Of a stretch of DNA of 32,000 nt, positions 14,433-24,271 are shown piece after piece. A program made the translations under genes and the position numbers. Location: assembly GCF_020144665.1 (NCBI RefSeq), contig NZ_JAAHBQ010000024.1:8784-40783 (forward strand), given 5' to 3'. The DNA is from Oscillatoria salina IIICB1. Lineage in GTDB: Bacteria > Cyanobacteriota > Cyanobacteriia > Cyanobacteriales > SIO1D9. The notes beneath the pieces were generated by a model. That model made no database searches, was not told where the DNA came from, and worked only from the letters and a program-made list of their open reading frames with translations. Each line of letters starts with the position of its first letter. The stretch's first letter is position 1.

Positions 14433-14711
14433 ATGGTACAGGCTATCGATCGACAAATTGCCGCAATAAAAAGAGGCGAGGGAGATCCCGAACACATTCA
14501 CGAATTAGCGCAAGATGCCTTAGCATGGGCGAGAAAAGTAACCAAAGAAAAAGGTGAAGGATCGAGCGAAAGCGCCTCTGCCTGGGATACAGTAGAAGAA
14601 TTACTCGCCGCGATCGCCCATCGACGCAACCAACAACCACCAGAAAACTCATTAGACCGATATTGTCGCGATCGTCCCGAAGCCGACGAGTGTAAAGTCT
14701 ACGACCTGTAA
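14433..14711 (+). CDS. cp12: CP12-family protein (Calvin-cycle regulator type) lacking the N-terminal Cys pair
   Basis: Core 'AWDTVEELLAA' and C-terminal Cys loop 'YCRDRPEADECKVYD'. These are the only two Cys residues in the protein. Confidence 0.8.
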   Translation: MVQAIDRQIAAIKRGEGDPEHIHELAQDALAWARKVTKEKGEGSSESASAWDTVEELLAAIAHRRNQQPPENSLDRYCRDRPEADECKVYDL

Positions 14712-14738
14712 GCCAAGTTGATTAATTTTACTCAAAAT

Positions 14739-14771
14739 AACGCACCCCCACAAAAATTGGTCGGGTGCGTT
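14739..14771 (+). terminator. Hairpin downstream of cp12
   Basis: AACGCACCC (14739-14747) / GGGTGCGTT (14763-14771), a 9-bp stem. The following tract is not very U-rich (ACTAATAG). Confidence 0.4.
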
Positions 14772-14806
14772 ACTAATAGAGACAACTTTGATTCTCTGTA
14801 GACACA

Positions 14807-16120
14807 ATGAACAAACACACAATGAACAAACGCAACGGTTGCAAGTTTGTCACCATAATCGTAGCCACATTTTTAATTAGCGCGATCGCCTGCAACCGAT
14901 TTAATGCCCGCGAAAACGAAAACATCGCCGCAATTTCCTCTCAAACCATCCCCCCAACCTTATTTGGAATGCACGTCGAACATTCCTACAAAATCCCTTG
15001 GCCCCCCATACCCTTCGCCAGTTGGCGCTTGTGGGACGTACACACCGAACAATACAAACTCACCTTTTGGCCCCATTTAGAACCCCAACCAGACAATTGG
15101 GACTTCACCGGACTCGATAAAGTCGTCGAACTCGCCCAAAAAAACCAAGTAGAATTAGTTTACACCTTCGGACTCACCCCAGACTGGGCAGCCGCCAGAC
15201 CAGAAGATCCCTCTCACTACGGCGAACCTCCCTCTCCCTCCGAACCCAAAAACATCGAAGACTGGCGCGATTTCGTCCGCACAGTTGCCACACGCTACAA
15301 AGGCAAAATTCGCTATTACGAACTCTGGAACGAACCCAACCTCAACTATTTTTACACCGGAACCATCGACCAAATGGTTACTCTGGCACAAGAAGCATAC
15401 ACCATCCTCCAAGAAATCGACCCAGAAATCAAAGTAGTTTCTCCCTCCGTCATCGCTACCCACGAATCTTGGCTAACCAAACCTGGTAATGCCTGGCTAG
15501 ACGAATACTTTCGCAAAGGTGGAGATGCCTACACCGACATCGTTGCCGCCCACTTTTATATGCCCGCCGAAAACACTCCCGAAGACAGAATTCGCCCGAT
15601 TCGGGAAATTCAAGCAGTCATGGCAAAACACGAACTAGCAGATAAACCTTTATGGAATACAGAAACAGGTTTTGGCAACCGTCAGCAAAATCATTACTAT
15701 TCTGATGCCGAAAGTCAAGCTTACGTTGCCCGATCTTATCTGATTTATTGGTCCCAAGGAGTCGAACGTTTTTACTGGTACGGCTGGGACAACCGCAACG
15801 TTTTAACAATGTTAATGGTAGAAGAAGATAATCGCACCCTCACCCCAGCCGCCAAAGCTTACGCAGAAATCCAAAATTGGCTGGTTGGAGCAAAAATGCA
15901 ACCTTGTAGCCCCGACAGGAATAATACCTGGACTTGTCAGCTAACCAGAAACGGCGAAAATAGTTGGATAATCTGGAACCCCAAAAATGACATTCAGTTA
16001 CAAATTCCCCAAAGCTGGAACGTCACCCAAGTAACAGACTTAAACGGACAAAAATCTCCTCTATCTACTTCCGGAAGTTTGCAAGTTGGACAATTACCTT
16101 TATTACTGAGTAGAAATTAA
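14807..16120 (+). CDS. Secreted/lipoprotein glycoside hydrolase, clan GH-A (TIM-barrel) type
   Basis: N-terminal hydrophobic segment with a lipobox-like 'ISAIAC'. 'YYELWNEPN' (acid/base Glu motif) and 'LWNTETGF' (nucleophile Glu motif) are typical of GH5/GH39-like enzymes. Confidence 0.7.
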   Translation: MNKHTMNKRNGCKFVTIIVATFLISAIACNRFNARENENIAAISSQTIPPTLFGMHVEHSYKIPWPPIPFASWRLWDVHTEQYKLTFWPHLEPQPDNWDFTGLDKVVELAQKNQVELVYTFGLTPDWAAARPEDPSHYGEPPSPSEPKNIEDWRDFVRTVATRYKGKIRYYELWNEPNLNYFYTGTIDQMVTLAQEAYTILQEIDPEIKVVSPSVIATHESWLTKPGNAWLDEYFRKGGDAYTDIVAAHFYMPAENTPEDRIRPIREIQAVMAKHELADKPLWNTETGFGNRQQNHYYSDAESQAYVARSYLIYWSQGVERFYWYGWDNRNVLTMLMVEEDNRTLTPAAKAYAEIQNWLVGAKMQPCSPDRNNTWTCQLTRNGENSWIIWNPKNDIQLQIPQSWNVTQVTDLNGQKSPLSTSGSLQVGQLPLLLSRN

Positions 16121-16298
16121 TCGTCAGATGAAATGGCGATCGCCAACCATAATCAAAAACCAACAAGCTACAATAATACCCAAGCATTTTCGTACTGCGA
16201 ACATCTTACCCGCTATCTGGTTAATTAACTAGATTGGAGATAAGCTACGTTGCTCAATGTAATCCTTAGTGTAGCCGACTAATACTAATCTTTATCAA

Positions 16299-16327
16299 TG
16301 TCATCCTTCGCGAAGCGAAGGATGACA
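16299..16327. repeat. 13-bp-arm palindrome TGTCATCCTTCGC-GAA-GCGAAGGATGACA
   Basis: Read directly. It shares the GAATGACA/CGCTTCGC sequence vocabulary of the 11928-12205 repeats. Confidence 0.8.
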
Positions 16328-16430
16328 AATAATACTCGCACAGTAATCTCACAATTGTCAAACCCATAAATTCTGGATTAACATATAGCCGAAACTAACT
16401 CCAGAAAATATTCTCTCTAGGTAGCATTTA

Positions 16431-17558
16431 ATGCAAAGTAACGCACCTCCCAAAAAAGTCAAACTCAACCTTCTCCAAGCTTTCCGAGGTATCGCCGCCT
16501 TATTAGTAGTTCTCTTTCACCTCGATCAACTAAGTAACGAAAAACTCAAACAAACTTTTCTCTTCGGCATCTTTAAATTTGGCTGGGCTGGAGTAGATTT
16601 CTTTTTCATCCTCAGTGGCTTTATTATTTTCTACGTCCATCGTCACGAACTCGGCATTCAAAGTTGGCAAAAGTTTAAAAAGTTTTGGTTGAAACGCTGG
16701 ATTAGAATCTATCCCGTTTATTGGATAGTAACCTTAGCTGTCTTAGGATTATTGATTTTTGTGCCATCTTTAGCCAAAGCAGGAGACACGAATTTATTCT
16801 TTCTCCTCAAGACTTTTTTACTAATTCCTCAAAGTACACCACCACTTTTAGATGTAGGTTGGACTTTAATCTTAATTATCTTCTTTTACCTAATTTTTAG
16901 CTTATCCTATCTCCTCAAACCAAAAATTTACTTACCGCTAGTTGCAATTTTACTTTTAGGTTCCCTAACCCAATTTGTCCCCGATATCAGCATCCCGGCA
17001 GAAAATCCCTGGATAGGAACGATTTTCCACTCAATGAATTTAGAATTTGCTTTAGGTTGTTTAGCAGCTTATCTAGTAGTAACTTATCCTCTCCGCCACA
17101 GAAAAACTTTACTATTTGTGGGCGCTTTTTTCTTTATTTTCTTTGGCTTATTACTCAGTTATGGTGTAATCGCCGAAGTCCAAAACTTAAACATTTTGGG
17201 CATTGAATTAGGAATAAATCGCGTTTTCTTCTCCGGAATTCCATGTTTTATCATGTTAATTGGCGCAGCATCTTTAGACATAAATAAAGGAACAGATGTC
17301 CCCAATTTTGTTAACTACCTCGGAGATGCTTCTTACTCAATTTACTTAATTCACAGTCCGATTATTTCCGCATTAACGCAAATTGCTGCCAAATTAAACC
17401 TAGTTAATCTTATTGGTAACTCCTTAATAATTAACCTACCGATCGGAATAGTATCAGTAGGCATTGGTTGCGTATTTTACTCGATAGTCGAGAAACCAGT
17501 AGTAGAGTTTTTGCGGCAAATCATAGTCAAAAAGAAAGTACCTCCAAAAGCAATTTAA
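16431..17558 (+). CDS. Membrane acyltransferase family 3 (polysaccharide O-acyltransferase type)
   Basis: 'LNLLQAFRGIAALLVVLFHL' signature start, about 10 predicted hydrophobic helices, and 'LGDASYSIYLIHSPI' near the C-terminus. Confidence 0.8.
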   Translation: MQSNAPPKKVKLNLLQAFRGIAALLVVLFHLDQLSNEKLKQTFLFGIFKFGWAGVDFFFILSGFIIFYVHRHELGIQSWQKFKKFWLKRWIRIYPVYWIVTLAVLGLLIFVPSLAKAGDTNLFFLLKTFLLIPQSTPPLLDVGWTLILIIFFYLIFSLSYLLKPKIYLPLVAILLLGSLTQFVPDISIPAENPWIGTIFHSMNLEFALGCLAAYLVVTYPLRHRKTLLFVGAFFFIFFGLLLSYGVIAEVQNLNILGIELGINRVFFSGIPCFIMLIGAASLDINKGTDVPNFVNYLGDASYSIYLIHSPIISALTQIAAKLNLVNLIGNSLIINLPIGIVSVGIGCVFYSIVEKPVVEFLRQIIVKKKVPPKAI

Positions 17559-17573
17559 ATTGACATTTTCACC

Positions 17574-18518
17574 TTACCAACTTTGAGATAAATTCATTCC
17601 TAAAGCTTTTTTAACTTTACGATTAACCTTTTTCAGTAAATTAGGTTGATAATCGTAATAAGTATTTTCTGTAAAGCGATCTGCTTCAAGATTACGCACC
17701 ACATAAGGAGGATGTTTGAGAGGAAAACTCATTGCTTCGGTAGTCAAATTATTGTACTGACTTCTTGCTTCCGTCGTGTGAGTAGCATCCTCGTTATAAC
17801 CAATGTAAGAAATTAAATTAACCGCAGGAAGAATAGCTAAACCACCTTGAACCCAATTCGCAAAAGTCCATTGAAAATCCCACCAATCTCGCTTTTCTGT
17901 ATAAGTAAGCTCAAAAGTATGCGACCAAACTTTTGCCGCACGAGCATCGCCTAAAATATCAATTAGCAAATTTTTATCGCGGATTTCAGGCCACAAATTC
18001 AGCTCGTAATCAAAATGTTGCCAAGCACGTCGCCAACTAGCCCAACCCCAACAATGATTGTAGCGAGAAAAGTAATAACTGTAATCGGTTCGCTGACGAC
18101 CAAATTGAATATTTAATCCGCAAATTGTCATGATTCTTTCATCATAACGGTAGCGATCTAATAACTCTTCACAGTAGCGAAAAAAGGTTGGATCTGGTAA
18201 ACAATCATCCTCCAAAACGATCGCCTCTTCCACAGTATCAAATACCCAATCTAAACCCGTTGCTGGACGCTTCCCGCAGCCTAAGTTGAGATCCGAGTAA
18301 TTTTTCAGAACCTCGCAATCCCAGTCCACGCGGTCAATTATCGCACGAGTAGCGGCACATTTTTCCGCTTCCCCTGGTTTATCGGCGCGGGGTCCATCAG
18401 CAATTACTAGAAGTTTTGGCGGTTTCGCTTGACGAATAGCCTCAAATACTTTCTCCGTCGTCTGAGGTCGATTAAAAATAATCATGGCTACAGGAGTATT
18501 TAATTGCCAACTGCTCAT
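17574..18518 (-). CDS. Putative glycosyltransferase (GT-A fold)
   Basis: 'VAMIIFNRPQTTEKVFEAIRQAKPPKLLVIADGPR' and the acidic motif 'IVLEDDCLPDP'. It lies within the polysaccharide cluster. Confidence 0.6.
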   Translation of the reverse strand: MSSWQLNTPVAMIIFNRPQTTEKVFEAIRQAKPPKLLVIADGPRADKPGEAEKCAATRAIIDRVDWDCEVLKNYSDLNLGCGKRPATGLDWVFDTVEEAIVLEDDCLPDPTFFRYCEELLDRYRYDERIMTICGLNIQFGRQRTDYSYYFSRYNHCWGWASWRRAWQHFDYELNLWPEIRDKNLLIDILGDARAAKVWSHTFELTYTEKRDWWDFQWTFANWVQGGLAILPAVNLISYIGYNEDATHTTEARSQYNNLTTEAMSFPLKHPPYVVRNLEADRFTENTYYDYQPNLLKKVNRKVKKALGMNLSQSW

Positions 18519-18599
18519 GTTTATTTTTCCTCCATGCAGGTAAAATTGCTACAAATCTATTTCTTTCACCAATATATCTTTAGTTACCAGATTTGGCGG

Positions 18600-19919
18600 C
18601 TATCTCCTCAATAAACTCAGTAAAGTTATTGCTTTAGTTTGACTCCAAAAAATTCGGCGAGTTTCTGGGTAAAAAGCACCTGCTAAATAAGAAGCAAATA
18701 CTTGGGAAATGACAGTAGCCCAGGCTGCCCCTATTGCTCCATAAGTATCGATAAAAAGGCTATTTAAAATAATGTTAATAACTGCACCAACGGCAGTAGT
18801 GGCGGCGGAAAATTTCATTAAATTTTCTGTAGTCAACCAAGTTGAGCGAGCAACTCCCAAGGTAACAAATACACCCGCCCAAATATGAATGGTTAAAATT
18901 TCTGCGGCTTCAGCATAGCTATTTCCATAAATCAAAGTAATAATAAAGCCTGACAAAAATGTGATCGGAATAGCAACCGAGTAACTAATAACTGACATTA
19001 AATTAAAAAGTTTTTGAATTCGTTTGTAATAAACAGTTTCGCCAATTTCTTTAGCTTGAACAATCGAAGGAAAAACCGAATTAACGATCGCAATTGGTAC
19101 GAAGTACCACATCTCGGATATTTTTACGGCGGCGGAATAAAGTCCTACGGCTGCATCACCAATCATTTGTCCGAGCATAATTTGGTCAATACGCATATAA
19201 ATCATAATGACAATTCCAGACAAAATCAGGGGCCAACTATCTTGAATTAAAGACTGAGCACGAGAGAAGCTAAATCGCCATGCTTGAATCAAATTGTTCG
19301 TAATTTGATAAACGATTACCATGCCAATTGCCGCAAGGCTATATTCAGCAAAAGTCGCTGCTGCAAAAGCCACTACTGGCGCATTAATTTTAATTAAAAT
19401 TACCTTGATAACATTACTGAAAATATAAGCAATATTTTTTGCCCAAACTACATATTTAGCTTGAACTTGCGAGCGAAACCACAACTCAATAATTTCTGCC
19501 GAGCGAAAAATTGCGCCCCCAGCAATAATGGCAACTAACAGTTGCAGTTGTCGATCTTCTGGACGAAGTAAAGAAATAGTTGAAAAAGCTAAAAAAGCAG
19601 TGACAATACTCGCAAATAGCTTTAAAATGAAACTGGTACCAAGAGTTTTTGGGTTATCGGTTTGAGAGCGAGCAAGGTCGCGGACGACAATATCATCTAA
19701 GCCAAGTTTAGCAATTGGATCGAATAACCAAACGATCGCGATCGCGTAATTAAAAAGTCCAAAATCTTCTGGACCTAGGTAACGAGCTACCCAGACACCC
19801 ACCAGTAAACCCAAACCCATCTGGAAAATTTTTTCAGAAAACAGCCAGAAAGTGTTGCCAATTAGTTTGCGTAAATCAGGGCTGAGAGTTTTCGGAAGAT
19901 CGATAAGTTTTTTGAACAT
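18600..19919 (-). CDS. Wzx-type oligosaccharide flippase (polysaccharide biosynthesis protein family)
   Basis: A ~440-aa polytopic membrane protein starting 'LIGNTFWLFSEKIFQMGLGLLVGVWVARYLGPEDFGLFNYAIAI', typical of Wzx/RfbX. ATG at 19919 (the ORF track begins one codon earlier at a TTG). Confidence 0.8.
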   Translation of the reverse strand: MFKKLIDLPKTLSPDLRKLIGNTFWLFSEKIFQMGLGLLVGVWVARYLGPEDFGLFNYAIAIVWLFDPIAKLGLDDIVVRDLARSQTDNPKTLGTSFILKLFASIVTAFLAFSTISLLRPEDRQLQLLVAIIAGGAIFRSAEIIELWFRSQVQAKYVVWAKNIAYIFSNVIKVILIKINAPVVAFAAATFAEYSLAAIGMVIVYQITNNLIQAWRFSFSRAQSLIQDSWPLILSGIVIMIYMRIDQIMLGQMIGDAAVGLYSAAVKISEMWYFVPIAIVNSVFPSIVQAKEIGETVYYKRIQKLFNLMSVISYSVAIPITFLSGFIITLIYGNSYAEAAEILTIHIWAGVFVTLGVARSTWLTTENLMKFSAATTAVGAVINIILNSLFIDTYGAIGAAWATVISQVFASYLAGAFYPETRRIFWSQTKAITLLSLLRR

Positions 19920-20166
19920 CAAAACTTCTCAAGAAAGGAGCATTTTGAGGAGTGGTCAATTACTTATTGTAGGGCTTAGATTGAGATACCGCCCAGAGAA
20001 ACAAAATTAGTCGAAAAAACTCTCCCAGAAGAAAAACGAGCAAAGATGCTTACGGAGAGAACGGCGGCAGCGATCGCGTTCCACAGATATTTCTTCCGGC
20101 GTAAAATGAAGATTAATTCGATCGCTAAAATAATTGCAACCCTTCTGGTTCAAGCTGACACAGCAG

Positions 20167-21132
20167 ATGAAGCCCTTAGTTTCCATACTTATTCCTTGCT
20201 ACAACGCTGAAGCATTTTTAGCAGAAACCCTCGAATCTGCGCTCTCCCAAACATGGGAAAATAAAGAAATTATCGTTGTTGATGACGGTTCGCGCGATCG
20301 TAGCCTGACAATAGCCAAACAGTTCGACTCTCGTGGAGTTAAAGTCATCTCTCAGGAAAATCGCGGCGCAAGCGCCACCAGAAATCGAGCCTATCAAGAG
20401 TCTCAAGGAGATTTCATCCAATATTTAGACGCAGATGACTTGCTTGCACCCGACAAAATCGAGCGTCAGATGCAAATTTTTGCTGAGGGAAATACCGACT
20501 ATGTAGCAGCCGGAGAATGGGCAAAATTTTATCAACATCCCTCCGAAGCAGTATTTGAACCAGAACCATTTTGGACCGATCTTGCACCCATAGAGTGGTT
20601 GATTTCCCTTTGGGACAAACCTTCAATGATTCATCCTGGTGTTTGGTTAGTACCACGTCACCTTACTGAAACTGCGGGACTCTGGGATGAAAGACTTTCT
20701 CTAGACGATGATGGCGAATACTTTTGTCGCATAGTTCTAGCCAGTGCTGGAGTGAAATTTTGCCGGGATGCTAAAGTTTTTTATCGTTCTGGTATTTCTG
20801 GAAGTTTGAGTGTTGCTAAATCTACTCAAGCATGGAAATCACGCTTTCTGTCTTTAGAACTATGTAAAAATTATTTACTAGCAAAAGAAGATAGCCTTTC
20901 TACCCGCAGAGCTTGTGCTAATAGATTCCAACGTTTTTTCTACGAAGTTTATCCTAACGTGCCAGAAATTTGTCGCCAAGCCGCAGAAAGAGTCAAAGAG
21001 TTAGGAGGTTCGGATGTCCAACCAGTTATCGGACCCAAAATGCGACCTTTCGCCCAAATTATCGGTTGGCGACAAGCAAAAAAAATTCAACATTTTGCTT
21101 ATAAATATGGATTAAGTTCCGCAGTAAGTTAA
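20167..21132 (+). CDS. Glycosyltransferase family 2
   Basis: 'VSILIPCYNAEAFLAETLESALSQTWENKEIIVVDDGSRD' and 'YLDADD'. I prefer the ATG at 20167 over the upstream TTG at 20134. Confidence 0.85.
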   Translation: MKPLVSILIPCYNAEAFLAETLESALSQTWENKEIIVVDDGSRDRSLTIAKQFDSRGVKVISQENRGASATRNRAYQESQGDFIQYLDADDLLAPDKIERQMQIFAEGNTDYVAAGEWAKFYQHPSEAVFEPEPFWTDLAPIEWLISLWDKPSMIHPGVWLVPRHLTETAGLWDERLSLDDDGEYFCRIVLASAGVKFCRDAKVFYRSGISGSLSVAKSTQAWKSRFLSLELCKNYLLAKEDSLSTRRACANRFQRFFYEVYPNVPEICRQAAERVKELGGSDVQPVIGPKMRPFAQIIGWRQAKKIQHFAYKYGLSSAVS

Positions 21133-22541
21133 TAAAATTTTGATTGTAATTGAGCGAGTTCTTGAGATTTTTCTGTTGATTTGAACGCATTTTTATCTAG
21201 ATCGATACTCGTCCGGATTGCCACGACAACATACCAAAAGAAAACGCTAGTTACACCGACAATTCCGCTTTCAGTAACATTAGTCATTAAAGTATAAGTT
21301 AGTAACAAAATCGGGATTCCGGCAGCAGGCATTTTCGCTTTACCAAGATAAATTACTGCTTTGGCAATGTTGGTAAAAAACGATAAAATCATGACCGATA
21401 ATCCCAACCAACCTATCTCTGTAGCCAGATCCAAAAATCCATTGTGAGAATGAGGTGGTGCAAAACCAGTTTTGGTAACAATTATATCGGCTGCTGGATT
21501 ATCCAATCCTCGCCAAGGTTGCCAAAATCCACTAATTCCATAACCTAATAAGGGTCGTTCGTTAATTTTATCAATGATTAGAGGCCAAAAGTCAGTTCTT
21601 CCGGTTAAAGTTAAGTCTTTATTCAAAGTATCGACAACAATAAATTCCACATTTTCGGTTAGTAAAACAGTTAAAATTATACTGACGATTAGGAAAATAA
21701 TTACCGAAACAAATGCCCACTGCGGTTTCAATCTTTTGACAAATCCCAGATAAAACCAAAGACCAACTAAACCAACAGCGATCACTTTACTGGCGCCACT
21801 ATTGCCTTGATTTAGAGCGAACAAAGCTAAAAGAATTATTACTAAAGAAAAACGACGCTGTTGAGGATAGTAAAAAGCATGAATCATCCAAATAACGGCA
21901 GTAAAAGCCATGAAAAACGAAAAATGATTTTTGTGACCGACAATCCCTCCCCAACCAATATCTAAAACTCCTTTAGAAGGAACTAATAAAGCATAATAAA
22001 GACTGAGAATAAGGACAACAAGACTCAACCAACGTAAGAGATCGTAGAGTTCTTGCCAAGAATATTGTTTCGCTGTATAAAAAGCAATGAGAGCAGTTTC
22101 GAGAATAACTAAACTACCTCGAAAAGTAATCCAGGGAGTGTCCGACCAAAAAGCCGAAAGTGTTATTAACAACAGTAAGATAAATAAAAAAGGCTCTCGA
22201 ACGAGAACAGTAAAGAAAACTTGGATTAAGTCTTTCAACGTATGGCGCAGCCGAGAAGATAATAATAAAATGAAAATGATATAAGTAGTAATTTGGGCAA
22301 CAATTGTCGGTGGAGTGGTAATTGTTAAAGCTAATAATCGGGGATGAAACTTGGGAAGAGGAAACATAGTTGCGCCAGTTTCCCCGATAATCACAATAAT
22401 GAAAGTAGCAATTAAAACTTTTTCCAGTTTCGCAGCAAGTTGAGAATTTCTGCTCAGATAATGAAACGAGATAGCAAGATAAACAACACCGATACCCAGA
22501 ATCAAAGCTAAAATTAAAGGATCTTTGAGTAATGCTTTCAT
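21129..22541 (-). CDS. O-antigen polymerase/ligase family (Wzy-like) membrane protein
   Basis: 470-aa polytopic protein. 'PHSHNGFLDLATEIGWLG' matches the Wzy_C/O-antigen ligase signature. Its stop codon (21129-21131) overlaps the last 4 nt (21129-21132) of the convergent GT2 gene. Confidence 0.75.
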   Translation of the reverse strand: MKALLKDPLILALILGIGVVYLAISFHYLSRNSQLAAKLEKVLIATFIIVIIGETGATMFPLPKFHPRLLALTITTPPTIVAQITTYIIFILLLSSRLRHTLKDLIQVFFTVLVREPFLFILLLLITLSAFWSDTPWITFRGSLVILETALIAFYTAKQYSWQELYDLLRWLSLVVLILSLYYALLVPSKGVLDIGWGGIVGHKNHFSFFMAFTAVIWMIHAFYYPQQRRFSLVIILLALFALNQGNSGASKVIAVGLVGLWFYLGFVKRLKPQWAFVSVIIFLIVSIILTVLLTENVEFIVVDTLNKDLTLTGRTDFWPLIIDKINERPLLGYGISGFWQPWRGLDNPAADIIVTKTGFAPPHSHNGFLDLATEIGWLGLSVMILSFFTNIAKAVIYLGKAKMPAAGIPILLLTYTLMTNVTESGIVGVTSVFFWYVVVAIRTSIDLDKNAFKSTEKSQELAQLQSKFY

Positions 22542-22728
22542 ATCGCGATCGCGCCTAGAAAAGTAAGTGAGTACAGACTAACAAAATTTACTCTCTCTTT
22601 TGTTAGCCTAGCTTATAGCTACTAGAGCTAAAATGGCATCGAGTTAAATTGACGAGTTAGTAAGGGCGGTGAGAAGTTCCCTTGCCTTGCTAGCAGAAAA
22701 TAGAAATTATACCTGTATCTTAGGGTTG

Positions 22729-24243
22729 ATGACTAAAGTTGTGCTTAAATTAACTTCCAAACGTGTAGCTAGTTTGACTGCACTAGCGTGGATAGCAGTC
22801 AGTGGTTTTGCTCCCGGATTAGCTCAAGTGCCAAACTTTAATAATCTAGCTCCTCCAACTACACCTTTTAATAATAATTTTCCTCCACCAGGAAATTTTG
22901 ATGCCTATTTGTTAGGGGGAGGCGATCGCCTGACGATCGATATTTTTGAAGTTCCCCAATATAGCGGTATTTACCAAGTCCCGGCTGATGGCGTGATTCA
23001 GTTACCTTTGATTGGTGGAGTCAGAGTCGAAGGATTAACGATTCAAGAAGCCTCTCAACTAATCTCAGCCAACTACGATCGCTTCCTCAAACGTCCTCTA
23101 GTAACCATTAGACTGCTTTCAGCACGTCCGATCAACGTTTCCGTATCCGGAGAAGTAACTCGTCCCGGTAGCTTCACCGTCAGTTTAATCGGTGGTGCCG
23201 GAGACAATCCGGGCGTACAATATCCGACGCTCGCTCAAGCTTTGAAACAAGCAGGAGGAATCACTCTCGCTGCCGATCTTACTCAAGTTCAAGTAAGACG
23301 CAAAGTCTCGCCAAATAGCGATCGCACTTTTACCGTTAACCTGGAAGACTTCGTACAAAGTGGTAGAGGCTCTCAAGAGTTAACTTTACGCGATGGAGAC
23401 TCAATTTTCGTCCCCACCGCAACTCAAGTTAGTCTCAGAGAAGTACGCCGACTCGCTACAGTTGACTTTGCCGCCGATCTCGAAAGAGCGCGTACTGTCG
23501 CAGTGGTAGGAGAAGTACAACGTCCGGGAGCTTATACTTTAGCTGGAGTTGCTACCGCCGCCAGCACCAACCAACTTGCAGGTATCACTGGCGGTTTACC
23601 TACCGTTACCTCCGCGATCGAGCAAGCAGGCGGAATCAAACCTTTAGCTGATTTGCGCAATATTCAAATACGACGACAAACTCAAATTGGTACAGAGCAA
23701 GTTATCGAGATTAATCTCTGGCAACTACTGCAAGCAGGGGACATCAATCAAGATACAGTAGTGCAAAATGGAGATACAATCGTTATTCCCAGAGCCAGAG
23801 AAATCTCCGCCGCCGAAGCTGCCGAAGTTGCTTCAGCTCGTTTTTCCCCGGAAACCATTCAAGTTAGTGTGGTGGGAGAAGTCAGAAGTCCGGGAGTGAT
23901 TAATATTCCACCTAATACCCCTCTCAATCAAGCCTTGCTCACCGCAGGCGGATTTGACCAAGCGAGGGCAGATGAAGAAGATGTGCGCTTAATTCGCCTC
24001 AACGAAGACGGAACTGTGATTACTAAAGAAGTTAACTTCAGCATCACTGAAGGTGTAAATGAACGTAGCAATCCGATCCTGCAAGATAACGACATTATAG
24101 TTATCGGTCGTTCCGATGGGGCGAGATTTGCCGATAGACTGAATACAGTATTGGGTCCAACAGCAGCAGGTTTAGCTTTGTTTTCGATTCCCAGCCGCAT
24201 TGTCGATGTTTTGAGAATTTTGGGAATAGTTAACTCTAATTAA
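22729..24243 (+). CDS. Polysaccharide export protein (Wza-like, Poly_export plus repeated SLBB domains)
   Basis: Signal peptide 'LTALAWIAVSGFAPGLAQ'. 'YLLGGGDRLTIDIFEVPQYSGIYQVPADGVIQLPLIGGVRVEGLTIQEA'. Several 'V.V.GEV..PG.y' SLBB-like repeats. ATG at 22729 preferred over GTG at 22669. Confidence 0.8.
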   Translation: MTKVVLKLTSKRVASLTALAWIAVSGFAPGLAQVPNFNNLAPPTTPFNNNFPPPGNFDAYLLGGGDRLTIDIFEVPQYSGIYQVPADGVIQLPLIGGVRVEGLTIQEASQLISANYDRFLKRPLVTIRLLSARPINVSVSGEVTRPGSFTVSLIGGAGDNPGVQYPTLAQALKQAGGITLAADLTQVQVRRKVSPNSDRTFTVNLEDFVQSGRGSQELTLRDGDSIFVPTATQVSLREVRRLATVDFAADLERARTVAVVGEVQRPGAYTLAGVATAASTNQLAGITGGLPTVTSAIEQAGGIKPLADLRNIQIRRQTQIGTEQVIEINLWQLLQAGDINQDTVVQNGDTIVIPRAREISAAEAAEVASARFSPETIQVSVVGEVRSPGVINIPPNTPLNQALLTAGGFDQARADEEDVRLIRLNEDGTVITKEVNFSITEGVNERSNPILQDNDIIVIGRSDGARFADRLNTVLGPTAAGLALFSIPSRIVDVLRILGIVNSN

Positions 24244-24271
24244 TCATTAAATTCAGACGGGGAAAGCAAAT

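Noticed and set aside
20134-20166. TTG start at 20134 for the GT2 gene and GTG start at 22669 for the Wza-like gene, as in the ORF track
   Set aside because: The in-frame ATGs at 20167 and 22729 give N-termini that begin right at the conserved GT2 fold and at a signal peptide respectively. The upstream extensions look non-coding.
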